DNA from: Utricularia gibba
Taxonomy: Eukaryota > Plantae > Magnoliophyta
Direction: 5' to 3'
Assembly: GCA_002189035.1 (NCBI GenBank)
Contig: NEEC01000004.1
Coordinates: forward strand, 3,782,001-3,846,000
Length of the DNA: 64,000 bases
The notes under the pieces were generated by a model. That model saw only the letters and a list, made by a program, of their open reading frames with translations, had not been told where the DNA came from and searched no databases. Shown here one piece after another: positions 51,701 to 62,810 of the stretch; positions within the stretch are counted from its first letter, which is position 1; each line of letters begins with the position of its first letter. Both the position numbers and the translations under genes were made by a program.

Positions 51701-52098
51701 AGTTTTTGATTATTTAAAACGTTGACACATATGAGAAGCTTTTAAAACGCATAATTACACATTAGGGTTCCAAAATCAACCCCTTTGCAACGTTTGTAAC
51801 ATGGAATGAAATTTGTGAATCTAATGTGTTTGGGAACCAAATATCCTGCTTATGGGTGCTGTTTGAGCCCCCTGCAACCACACAACAGGTGATGCCCACC
51901 AAAAATAAAATAAAAGCTTTTTTTTTTCTGATGAGTGGCGTGGCGTGCCCACGAGAAGGATCAGGATCAGGATCAGGCTGTAATCCTCATCAACGTCCAC
52001 TAATTACAGGATTAATCACCAAACCAAAATGCACCCACCCCAAGGCATCCTGTAAACGCACCACCCGGCACCCAACTTCGCTCCCCACAGTAGCCCTA

Positions 52099-52132
52099 TT
52101 TGTTTTGTTTTGTTTTGTTTTGTTTTGTTTTG
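52099..52132. repeat. (TTTTG)n microsatellite
   Basis: Six to seven perfect TTTTG units. Confidence 0.9.
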
Positions 52133-53746
52133 GACACCAAATAAAAAAAAACAATATTTTTTGATTAATTAATTGGGAAATAGGATATTCAAAATTGAAT
52201 TTACCAATTACCCCCCACCAAGTTCATTCAACGAGAATGACCACAACCTAGGAGAAGTAATGCCTGGTCCATATCTACCCCTTGGTCCAGGTCCAGCCTC
52301 GGAAAACAAAAATAATATTACTACTATTATTATTTTAAACAAAGAATAAAATCGATTTTAAGTGTTTAAACTCAATTATTTTATTGGAAAAACCCAATCG
52401 AAAAAATTCATGAGTCATGTTGTAATGCCACCATTCTCTGTTCTATATGAATCATCAAAATAATAATAAAAAAAAAAAGAAGATTGGCGACGGTCCCCCT
52501 GTCCACGCGACCCCTCATCATCATCAGCATCATCTGTATCTTTCTCGTTCCAACCCCATTTGCCTCCACCGGCGGCTCCCGCCACGCCCTCCTCTCCCGT
52601 GAACGCCATAAAAGGTGCAAAGTACGTTCCACTCTCCGATCTACCGTCTTTTGAACTCGCTTTTTCTTTTATTGTTTTAAGTGGCTTTAGAATCGAGCCA
52701 GTACAACCCCTTCTGGATTCTGCAACGCCGCCCCCACGTGGGTTCTGCTGAAATTTACATCCTGAGTTATGATTAGTGGAGCTGCGACGAGGGACACTGG
52801 TGATGGCTGGTTTTGAGCAGGGAAGTTGAAATGAAATGCGATACAAATGGCAATTGGGATGATAAGTTAGGATGCAAATGAAGGCAGACTGGTCCCCAAT
52901 CGCATGAGTTTTTTTTTCTTTTCTTTTGCTTTGGAAGCAAATACTTGTGCAGTATTAATGGGATTTAGTTGGGAAAGCTTGGACCACTTCACCAGTTGAG
53001 GTTCACAGGGCTTTTAATATTGGGAACAATTTTCCGGGCATGAGACGGGTCGCATCTCCAGTCCTCGAACCAGGGCGGCCGGGGCGGGCCCGGGCCCCCC
53101 AGTCGTCATCTTGGGGAAGGTTTCACTATTTTCTGCTCAGAAAAAGAAACTTGCGCAGACAGAACCCTCTGCAAAAGCCTGCACAAGTCACCAGTTTAGA
53201 TGTACTTCTCGGGATTATACAACGCAACCTCCATTCCACTCACATGCCCAGATAATCGCTAGGTTTTTTTATGGATGTTTTCAAGGGAATGTTATACATC
53301 CTCAATTAACAGCTAGCTCTATGGAAGGATGAGGAGCATCCTGTTCCTATTCTAGGATAGATCGCATAATTCAGCAAGTGGATCCCTACGAGCACGAGCT
53401 GAAACGTGGCCTATAGAGAATAAGGCAAAGGAGACAAGGGAGACACAGTGAGCTGAGGATCTGCCTCTGTGTGTACCATGTGCAGGAACTCATCTGCGCA
53501 CAACGAACCCATCATCTTTCACTTCCCTTGCTTCATTACAACCTCCAAGTCAAGATGTCCAAACATAGGACACGAAAGATGGGTAAAAAACATTTGGATC
53601 ATCAGAAATAAAAGTGGAGGCAACCAAAAAAATGATAATTTTCTTTTGAAAGAATGACAAAAAATGATATTGATAAAGAAAATGGGGGTAGATGGTTCCA
53701 TTACCCATCACTATTTCAATGGGTGGGGGATAGAATGAATAATTGA

Positions 53747-53786
53747 GGGGTTGGGGTTGGGCCCCCGGGCGCGGTGGGTGGGTGGG
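53747..53786 (+). promoter_or_regulatory. Putative G-quadruplex motif upstream of the BEL1-like gene
   Basis: GGGGTTGGGGTTGGGCCCCCGGGCGCGGTGGGTGGGTGGG has seven G3+ tracts; a second motif GGGCGGCCGGGGCGGGCCCGGG lies at 53073-53094. Confidence 0.5.
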
Positions 53787-54240
53787 TGAGATATCTCCAA
53801 ACGCCAACCCCCCAATTTTCAATCTTTTTTTTCTTCGAGCTTGTTATAAAATCGAGTGGCGATTAAACACTTCCTTTGTTGTTTGTCGCATCTGTGTAGC
53901 GTAAATTGTATAATATAAAGTTGGTACATTAGAAGCCAGCCATGGAGAAAATAGTTGTTTTTGTGAAGGGCATGATTTCAGCATATGATGTGTGTAATTT
54001 CACTTTTCCTTAACTTCTCCTTCTTCTTCTTCCTTCTCCTCTGCTTCTCTCTCCCCACTTCTGTGTCTTCTTTCCCATAAAGATATTGAATTCAAGCGTT
54101 TGCCGGCTTGGAAAAGGTGGAAAACGAAATGGGTAAACTTTTTTTTCCTTGTCTGATTTCTTGTTTGAGGAGCTTGACTTTATATTGATCATGTGTTCTT
54201 CTTCCCTTGTCTTTAACTTGAATAGTTCCTTTTGAATTAG

Positions 54241-56043
54241 ATGGCTGAACAGAAGCCGGGAAGCATGACTTCATTGGCTGGAGGGTTCAGCTACTCTGAG
54301 AGCTGTTTTGCCGGAAGCTTCGAATCGACACCGGTTGTGTTCAACTCGAATGCCGGCGGCATGTCCATGGAGATGGTAGGGTTTATGTCCAAGAATCTAC
54401 AGGATTATGCTGCCCCACCGTGGAGCCACCATCAAGGTTATTACACAGTTTTGTTAGAAACAACTGTTTGTTTTTTGGATTGTAGTATTGAAATCTAGAA
54501 CATGGAAAACGCAGGAATCACTACCTTAGTGAAATTTACTTAACCATTCGCCTTTCCCCAGGCCTCGATGATCCATCCATGGGCTGTGTGATGTTTTCCG
54601 ATGGGCGGAACGGGAACCCGAATCAAGGGCTTTCCCTGTCGTTGAGCTCCTCGAATCCGAGTTTTCGACACTGTGATGCACCCTCGAGTTCGGGTTTTGT
54701 GGCTCTGCATCCGCCTCCGCAGATTGTTCCAGAACGCACCACCCTACGAGATTCCAAATATTTGGTTCCTGCACAAGATCTACTTAACCAGTTTTGTGGC
54801 CTTAGACCTGAGAATACTCCAAAGTTGAAGCCCAAGATTCAAGTTCCTGAAGAAGACGCCATAAAGAAACAGTCCCTTTACTCCCTTGACCTTCTCGAAC
54901 TCGAGAGAAGACGGAAAAAGCTGCTCCAGATGCTTGATGAGGTAAATTCTTGGAAGAATTAAATCATATTTATTTCCCACTACGCAGGTATGATTAAATT
55001 TAATGAAGTTTATTTTTTTAGGTAGAAAGAAGGTACAGGCACTATTGCAACCAGATGAGGACGGTGGTGATGTCCTTCGAGGCCGTGGCCGGAGACGGCT
55101 CGGCGGCTGTTTACTCGGCGATGGCTTCCAAGGCGATGTCGAGGCATTTCCGACGGCTAAGAGACGGAATCATGAGCCAAATAGTAGCAACCAAGAGAGC
55201 CATCGGAGAGCAAGATGTAGCCGCGCCGGGGACCACCAAAGGTGACACCCCAAGACTAAGACTAGTCGATCAAACCCTTCGCCAACAAAAGGCTCTTCAC
55301 CAAACCAGCTTCATGGAGAGCCACCCGTGGCGCCCCAGCGCGGCCTCCCCGAACGAGCCGTCACCATCCTCCGAGCCTGGCTCTTCGAGCATTTTCTGAA
55401 CCCGTGAGATGGCAAACCAGTTTCATGCTTTTCAAGTTATAATAAATAACCAGTGATGATTTAACTTTTCAACTGTTGCTGCTGCAGTTACCCGTGTGAC
55501 GTTGATAAGCACATTTTGGCTAGACAAACGGGGCTCTCCAAAAGCCAGGCAAGTCCGATGGGAGCCTCATCTAGCTTATAACGTGCATGGAGAATGAATG
55601 TTTGGTGTGGTTCTTCAGGTCTCCAACTGGTTCATCAACGCCAGAGTGCGGCTATGGAAGCCCATGGTGGAGGAGATTTACCTCGAAGAGCTGAAGGAAA
55701 GCGAAGCCATGACATCCAACGACACCACGATCGAGGATCCACGGGACTCGGAGTACTTGTCGTCGATAATCAACACTCACAAGAAGAGGAAAGGGGTGGG
55801 AGCCGAGGGAGGACCCCACCGGAATTTCTCGACTCCCTTTCAGTGGATGGACATACGGGGTTCCGACTGACACTAGGGACGGGGGCCGGAGACAACCCGT
55901 CGATGTTTTTCGGAAGAGAGGAGACGCAGATGGGAGATTGCCAAAACTACTCCCTCTTGGAATCGGAAAATCAGAAGCCACCCTACAGGGACTTGATGGG
56001 AGCACAACTCCTACATGATCTTGCAGGGTTGAAGAGCTTGTAA
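54241..56043 (+). CDS. BEL1: BEL1-like TALE homeodomain transcription factor; exons 54241-54436, 54562-54941, 55022-55403, 55488-55547, 55619-56043; three apparent 1-nt deletions
   Basis: [16 protein letters not shown] ([11 protein letters not shown]), BELL ([16 protein letters not shown]), homeodomain [39 protein letters not shown], and C-terminal [15 protein letters not shown] typical of BEL1. Frame breaks near 55335, 55531 and within 55740-55860. Confidence 0.9.
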
Positions 56044-57502
56044 GATCAAATACCACACATTGTTTGCTTGCTACATTGGGGAGTATATACCTAGCCATTA
56101 GCATTGTTTAGGGATCATTATACATTAAAACTCACTCTACCTTTCATATTTCGGCAAACAACTCGCCAAGATAATATCTTCCTACTCCCATCACAAGATT
56201 CACCTCAATTTATCCAAACCCGTTTATAGTTTCCGTGCAGTATTCAAAAAACATTTCATTTAACCAAAACGCATGCAAAATAACATAATTCTGTGAAGAG
56301 AAGTCGAGAAATAACATCAAATTTTATTTTCAAATTCAAAGTCATGGATAATCTAGTATCCAAATCCCTGAATCCCATTTTCTATAGACATATGCAAGTT
56401 CCATACATATAGAGAAATGTTATATAAGATTTAAAAACCCTAATCAAACAACATGTTGTTGGTCGGACAGGCGCGGAGAGGGTTTTAAAAGGGGTGTATT
56501 AGATTTTTTACCACTGCATTTTATATGAGAAATTTGGACACCCTATATGTAAAAATTTATTCTTAGTGTCTGAGAAAGAAATGAGAAATGATCATTTTTT
56601 TAAAAGACGAGGAGGCAGCCAGGCTCAGGCTAAGGTTGGTGTAGGGTGTGGTGTCCTTTTCATTCTACTTTCATCCATATGCTATTACTCTACCTTCCAT
56701 GCTTTGGCAAACCAGTTGCCAAGGCATCAACACATGCATCATATTAACTTGCTCCATGCTTTCTTACTTTTATCATGCCATGTCTCTTTTTCCTAAAACA
56801 AAAATCTTATTACAAGATTCGACTCAATCAGACAAGGTAATAATAAAATATGGTGTAGGTAGGTTATGCGTGAGGTGGCGAATAGGGATATAAGATATTG
56901 CACTATTTTTAAATATTTTATTATAAATATGATTAAATATCCGGTTTAATACATTGGTTCGGCTCAAGATGACGCAGTGTTGTATTGGAAAAGGAGAACG
57001 GTTTGGTTGGGAGGTTGGGTTGGGTGGCATGCATTAATCGAGTAGGCGACTGAGTCGTAGCCACTCCATTAATGAAGATGGTTGACTGTTAGGCCATGAT
57101 TATCTCCTTAATCACACCTAATTAGAGAGCTTAATTGTGTGTATATAAATTTTACAATTCATTTGCTCTTTCATTAATCTCATGATGATGATGATAATAG
57201 AAATCTCATAAAAACGAGTTAGTATGATTTCTGAATTGGAAAAATTGCATGGACAATCCCCCAGATGGTCTGTAATTGATTCCCTGATGTCCAGAAGTGT
57301 TGTCTTGGATCGACACTAGGCGCCCCATGAAGGGAAAGCCCATTAAGAAGAAGAAGAAGAAGCTTCTCCCTAATCGGCTGTCCCTTAGTGGACTGTGCGG
57401 AAGCAAAATCTCCAGAAAGTTGTGATCTTTCAGCTCGAAAGAAGGATTGAGGTATTCTCAGAACTCCAAAACTGAGAGGATCCATGGCATATACCTACCG
57501 TT

Positions 57503-59303
57503 TTATATCTGAAGAACCTCATTTTCCCCACATAATCCCACATCGATCTTCATGCGTGTCTTGGAGGAGCTCATGATCCTACAGCAGTTTCTTCTTGGAG
57601 ACTGTCAAAAGTTAAACCCACTGTTACTTACACCAGATGAATGAAAGTTAGAGTTACAGCAGGTAGCGAAGTGAAATGGAATGCATACCCTGTCCCAGAG
57701 ATGTGGATCTGGTCTCTTGTAAACTGTAATGCGTTGAATTTGGTCAGGATTCGGCGTCTTCCATCTGCACAAAGGCCGGGAAACGTTGTGTAGAATGTAC
57801 TCACTGGCTGTTTCCGTTGTGTTATGCATGTAAAACACAAAAGGCTTCTGGCAAGGGCTCCTGGCCACAGGCCTTGTGTTGAAAGCATAAGCTGTGTAAT
57901 CAGCTCGTCTGTACCAATTCAGGAATGACCTCGAAGTCATCTCTAGCTCGCGGGGTAACATCACGCCCCGATATATCTGCACCGCGAATCCCCAGGAGAC
58001 TGATACGGACCAAGTGTGTGCTCTGTCGTAACAGATTGACTGCTGCATAAGCCCAGCTGAGTCCACTTTCATTGGAATCTGAAGATGCTTAAGGGCTTCT
58101 AGAGTTGTCATGTTTGGGAAAATTGGCTCTACAACTTCAATATGGTGTAGTGACACCAATGGAGTCACAGGGTGTGCAGCCAGAAGCCCAAATAAGTTCC
58201 CGTAGACATCATACTGAATAACCAAACAAAGAATCAGAGACTACACAAACCAAGGCTTTGATAGTTAGGGAAAACTGACTCCACAGCTTCTATATGGCGC
58301 AATGATACTAAATGGAGCCACAGAATGTGCAGCTAGAAGCCCGTATAACATAACACCAAACAAAATGCAGAAATATGAACCATGAGCGTGCATTTCTTAG
58401 TAAAGAAACGAAATCAGTTGTAAAATGAAGAAGCACAATTGTTACCTGATGAAAGCCCAATTCTTTTGTAAGAGGAACTCCGAGTTCAGCCATACAAGCT
58501 TGCATCCTGTCATCGGAGCCGTACAATCCAGGATACCTCTGTATACATCTATCTTGCATTTTCTCAATGGCTACTGCCAAAGGAAAGCTTATGGCGAAGC
58601 CACCGCCGCCATAAGCCATGTTGTAAGAGAAGTTGATGTTCTGCAAGTGGCTCTCACTTGAACTCCCAATGTAGTAAAACTGATTGTAATCGTATTTATT
58701 CAGAACCCTCACCAAATTCTCCGGCACAATGACTGTATCGTCGTCAACCATCACAATCCAGCGCACGTTCTCCGTTTTCCCAAACCTTAAACACTCCGAA
58801 ACGATTCTAGAAATCCTAATCGCTGAACGACGCCCCTGTTTGTTTCTATAGGCAAAACCGGAGGTATCACCGGAGATTTTCAGCTCGGGGAGGCTCCGGA
58901 CTTCTTTCACAGAAACGTTGACGGGGCGATCTAGCCAAACAATGCCCCGCATTTTGTTCTCCGGCCGCCACCACAGCTTTATGTACTCTTTTCTCCTTTC
59001 CCACAAATAAGAAGAAGCCGCAATGCCGAAAAATATGTGTTCCAAGCCAGTTTCAACCGGTTCTTGGTAGACATTCTGCAGCTTTTCTGAGGAATTGTTA
59101 ACCACAAGAGAAACGAGGGGTCCTTTATCGCACTTGGAATGGGAAGAAGAAACAAGAGTCAGCAAATAGACAGCATAAGTAGCTAAAACAATTAGCAGCA
59201 TGAACAACAGCAACTTCGAAGAAACTCTCCATTGAGGGGGTGATGATTGGGCTCTCGTCGACACCCAGATTATCTTTTCTGGAAAATTTTGCAGCGGCTT
59301 CAT
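57503..59303 (-). CDS. DUF604 Fringe-like (GT31-related) glycosyltransferase, type II membrane, 493 aa; exons 59303-58446, 58213-57689, 57601-57503
   Basis: Exon total 1482 nt in frame. TM anchor, FGIAASS, MVDDDTV (DxD), YYIGSSSESH, MAYGGGGFAIS, YGSDDRMQAC, SPRRNCCR. Confidence 0.93.
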
Positions 59304-61800
59304 TGTCGGTGAAGAATGAGATGACCCAGATGAGAAGCACTCCAAAACTCGAATAAAAATCTTTCCTTTGTGGAGTCAAACAGTGTGGTTTCTCAAGGAA
59401 GTGGTCCTGTCTCTGGTTTTTGCTTCTTTAACCAGCAAGGATGGCACAGATCTGATTCCCAAAGAAGGTCGAGGGACCATGGAAAGAAGAAGGATGACAT
59501 CAAATAACCATCCAATAAAAAAATTCGACGAGGACGGAGCGGGAGTTGCAGAGCAGCCGCACCCCTGCACCAGAACCTGCATTCCAAATGGAACCCAAAT
59601 CCCAAGTCATGATACGTATATTTACATATTACAATAAAAAATAAATTAAATTGCCAAAATTTAGAGTCTATAGATACAACTTCTCGATTCGTGTAATTGT
59701 GATAAAATACAATTTCTGATTTTTCAACTATTTAAAAAATAATAAATATTTCTAAAATTTTAATATAAAAATAAATATATTATTTTTTATATGATATGAT
59801 TAAATAATGTGAACTTGAAAGGGTCGTGTGATGCCGAGACGCGACAGGATTGTGCTGCCCCATCCTTGAAAGGTCTATTGAATAGTGGAATTAAAATATA
59901 CTTCAATAATAGAGAGTTGAATTCATTTTGCAAATAAAAGAGCGTTGAATTTGAATATAATATTTAAAAACCACATGTTATTTGATTGTCTATGTATTGT
60001 TATGAAAATATTTTATTTCACACAAAGTAATATATCAACAAATTGATTAAAAAAACTTTAATTTCCATTACCTCGACGTGATTTATTGCTTTAGTGACTT
60101 AATATTATTACTTTTATCAAAATTCATATTTTTGAATTAAGTTTGAGATTTTTTGAATATATTGAATCAATACTTATTAATTTTATGAATTTAAATTTTA
60201 AAATATTTTTTGTATTTGGGTTTATATTCTCGAAATTTGATTTTTAAGTCTAATTTAAAATATAAATTTCTTTGAGCATTGATTAAATTTTTTGTTATAT
60301 TTAAATTATATTTCAATTGTACCCCACAATTTTTATGAAAATCAAGAATTTTTTTTATCGCTCAAAATATTTGGTGAGTTAATTTTTAATGGCCACAATT
60401 GATTTTAAATTATTTATATCCTCCTTATGATTCATCCAAAATACAAAACAAAATTACTATGGCTATCAATAATAAAGAATTGATAGTCATGGATACCCTA
60501 CTTGGTGACAATTGACAAGTCATTCCCATAGACTTGCTCCTATTCTACACTATGCTCATACCAACCATTAATTGGAGCAATCCAGTAATTTTCATTTTCC
60601 TAAAAAAATATGGATTCTAGACTAACCATTTGATATAAAAAAAACTGTAGATTTGAAATAAATATGAGAGTTAGTATATGTAATTCAATATATCAAAGTT
60701 TAGGACATTATGAGTAAATATCATCGAAAACTATATTTTCATTTCTATTAGTGAATCTTGAGGAGGAGATTTAAAAAAATTGAATGTGTTTATCACTTAA
60801 AACTATATTATTATTTCAGTATTATTTTGTGTGTTTGTGTGTGAGGGAATTTGTGTCATGTTATTGATTACTATAAATTGTTAAATATTGAATGAATATG
60901 TTGGTATTTTTTATTTATTTAAAACCATTTGATACCTTAACTTATTTTATTTTTTCCAATATGTCTCACTAATATTCCTAGTCGTATTAGTGTTCAACTA
61001 TTTTGCAATGTTTATTTAGTTTATAAGAGATTTATGCAATAACATATTCATAAAGAATATTAAAAGAACTATTTATTGGCTTGAATCTAGAACAAATTCT
61101 TTCATATTAATAATTAAATGACAACTTTTTATTGTTTTTTTTAGGAATCATAAATTATTTAAGAAATTATAAAATTAATAGTGGAATTATGATTTAAATA
61201 GTATTTGCTCTGTTTATGATTTTGTTTGTTACTTTTTATTGAAGATAATTGATATTAAAAAATTACATTAGTATTGGAGCTTGAGAATGAGAAAGGAGTT
61301 AATGGAGTTAGCACCCTTACTTAACACTAATGAGAAAAGAGCTAATGAAGAGTAAGAGAGAAGTGGCAACTGCTTTTTTTTCTACCAGAAAATAACCTTT
61401 GGAAACAAGAGCTTAGAATGAAGTGTTGATGAAGTTGATGCTGGGTATCGAACTCTCAGAAATATGGAGTTAATAATTTGTTATGATTTTGGGTTGTGAT
61501 TTTTAAGACTTTTATTTGTGGTATATTTGACATTTTATATCTAGCTTGAAATGGATGGTAATGGAAGAAAGAAGACACTTTTCATTCTTCATTGAATGTT
61601 CTTCTAATTCATTCAATAACAACATTATCAATAGCAACCACATTAGAGTGATTTTGAAAAATGCTCTCTGTCGAAAAAATGTGTAAAAAAAGTAATCATG
61701 CTGTGTGTAATTTTTTGTATGTGATGTGTGAAAAATAAATGAGGGATGATTACTTTTATAAAGACCCAGCAACATCAAGGCCCGCATTAAAGTTCAACAT

Positions 61801-62025
61801 ATGAAACTTTGGAGAATGCACTTTGTGAAGTTTCTTGTTTTTGCGTTCTGTTACCACTTTTTGATGAGTATGACGTACGCACACCATGAGGATATTCATC
61901 ACAAATTTCGTAAGCATCATGCAGCAATTCACAGTAGAAAAAGAATTGGAAACAAAAGGAGACTGATGGACTCACTTTCTAAAAGAACCAGATCCAAGTT
62001 GTTCAATTGGGCCTCAACAAAATGA
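61801..62025 (+). CDS. Candidate small secreted peptide precursor, 74 aa
   Basis: Signal-peptide-like N-terminus ending TYA, His-rich/basic body, RRLM motif; TTTTATAAAG about 40 nt upstream; coding-like island in AT-rich DNA. No family recognised. Confidence 0.4.
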   Translation: MKLWRMHFVKFLVFAFCYHFLMSMTYAHHEDIHHKFRKHHAAIHSRKRIGNKRRLMDSLSKRTRSKLFNWASTK

Positions 62026-62651
62026 TAAAATTGTGTTTAGATATAATAAATTCGATAGAGTATTGTTAATTGAGCTAACTCTCAAATTGTTTAAATGTTA
62101 AGTATTTCCAGTACTCTATAAATAAAGAAATAAACCATTTATTAAATTGGCATATGCTTCATTTGCAACTATTTTTTTCAATAGTATCCTTATTTTTTAT
62201 CATTTATATTTTGAAGGGTTATTCTGCTTTGTGATCCCGTGAATCGAAATCTAACCACATCTTCTTCTCCTCTATATTGTTGCTTTGGCTCCATAACTTG
62301 TAGAATGTCCATTGCATGTATCCCAGCCCCATCCATGTTTTTGATTGAAAAGATTTAAAGAAATATTAAATTTGGAAAAAGAAAATGAAAAATCATCTGA
62401 CACATAAAGGTTATAGGAATACTTCTCTTAAGAAGAACCTATTGACACATTTATTCTCGAAGTGCACTAATCCAAAGCAAGTAGGTTATGTCCAATACTT
62501 GATGGAAACATTATTGGAGAAGCGCATGAGATTACTTTGGACTATGAAACACCTAAGGGGACTTAGATGTGCCGGACTTACCAACAGCCAATGTGCACCA
62601 ACCGAGAAGATGGGTAGAGATGTGGACGCTTCGCGAGACGAACCATGGGCA

Positions 62652-62761
62652 CACGTGAGCAAACACATCACAAGGGAACTCACGGAGAGTGCGCAAGCGG
62701 GTGTTGCACGTGGAAGCTCGCGGTGAGGGCAAGCATGTTCCATGTGGGAGCTCGCTACGTG
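62652..62761. promoter_or_regulatory. Cluster of ACGT G-box/ABRE-like motifs in a GC-rich island
   Basis: CACGTG at 62652 and 62707, TACGTG at 62756, immediately left of the Copia insertion. Confidence 0.3.
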
Positions 62762-62810
62762 TGCTGCAAACGCGGTAGGGCTTGTGCGAAGCTGGCGGAA
62801 GGGAGAAAAC

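Noticed and set aside
52415-52846. 143-aa minus-strand ORF upstream of BEL1
   Set aside because: Low complexity, runs into poly-A/T sequence, no known domain; more likely regulatory non-coding DNA.
57206-57485. 66- and 88-aa ORFs downstream of DUF604
   Set aside because: Fall in the expected 3' UTR, contain a GAA repeat and lack a peptide-family motif.
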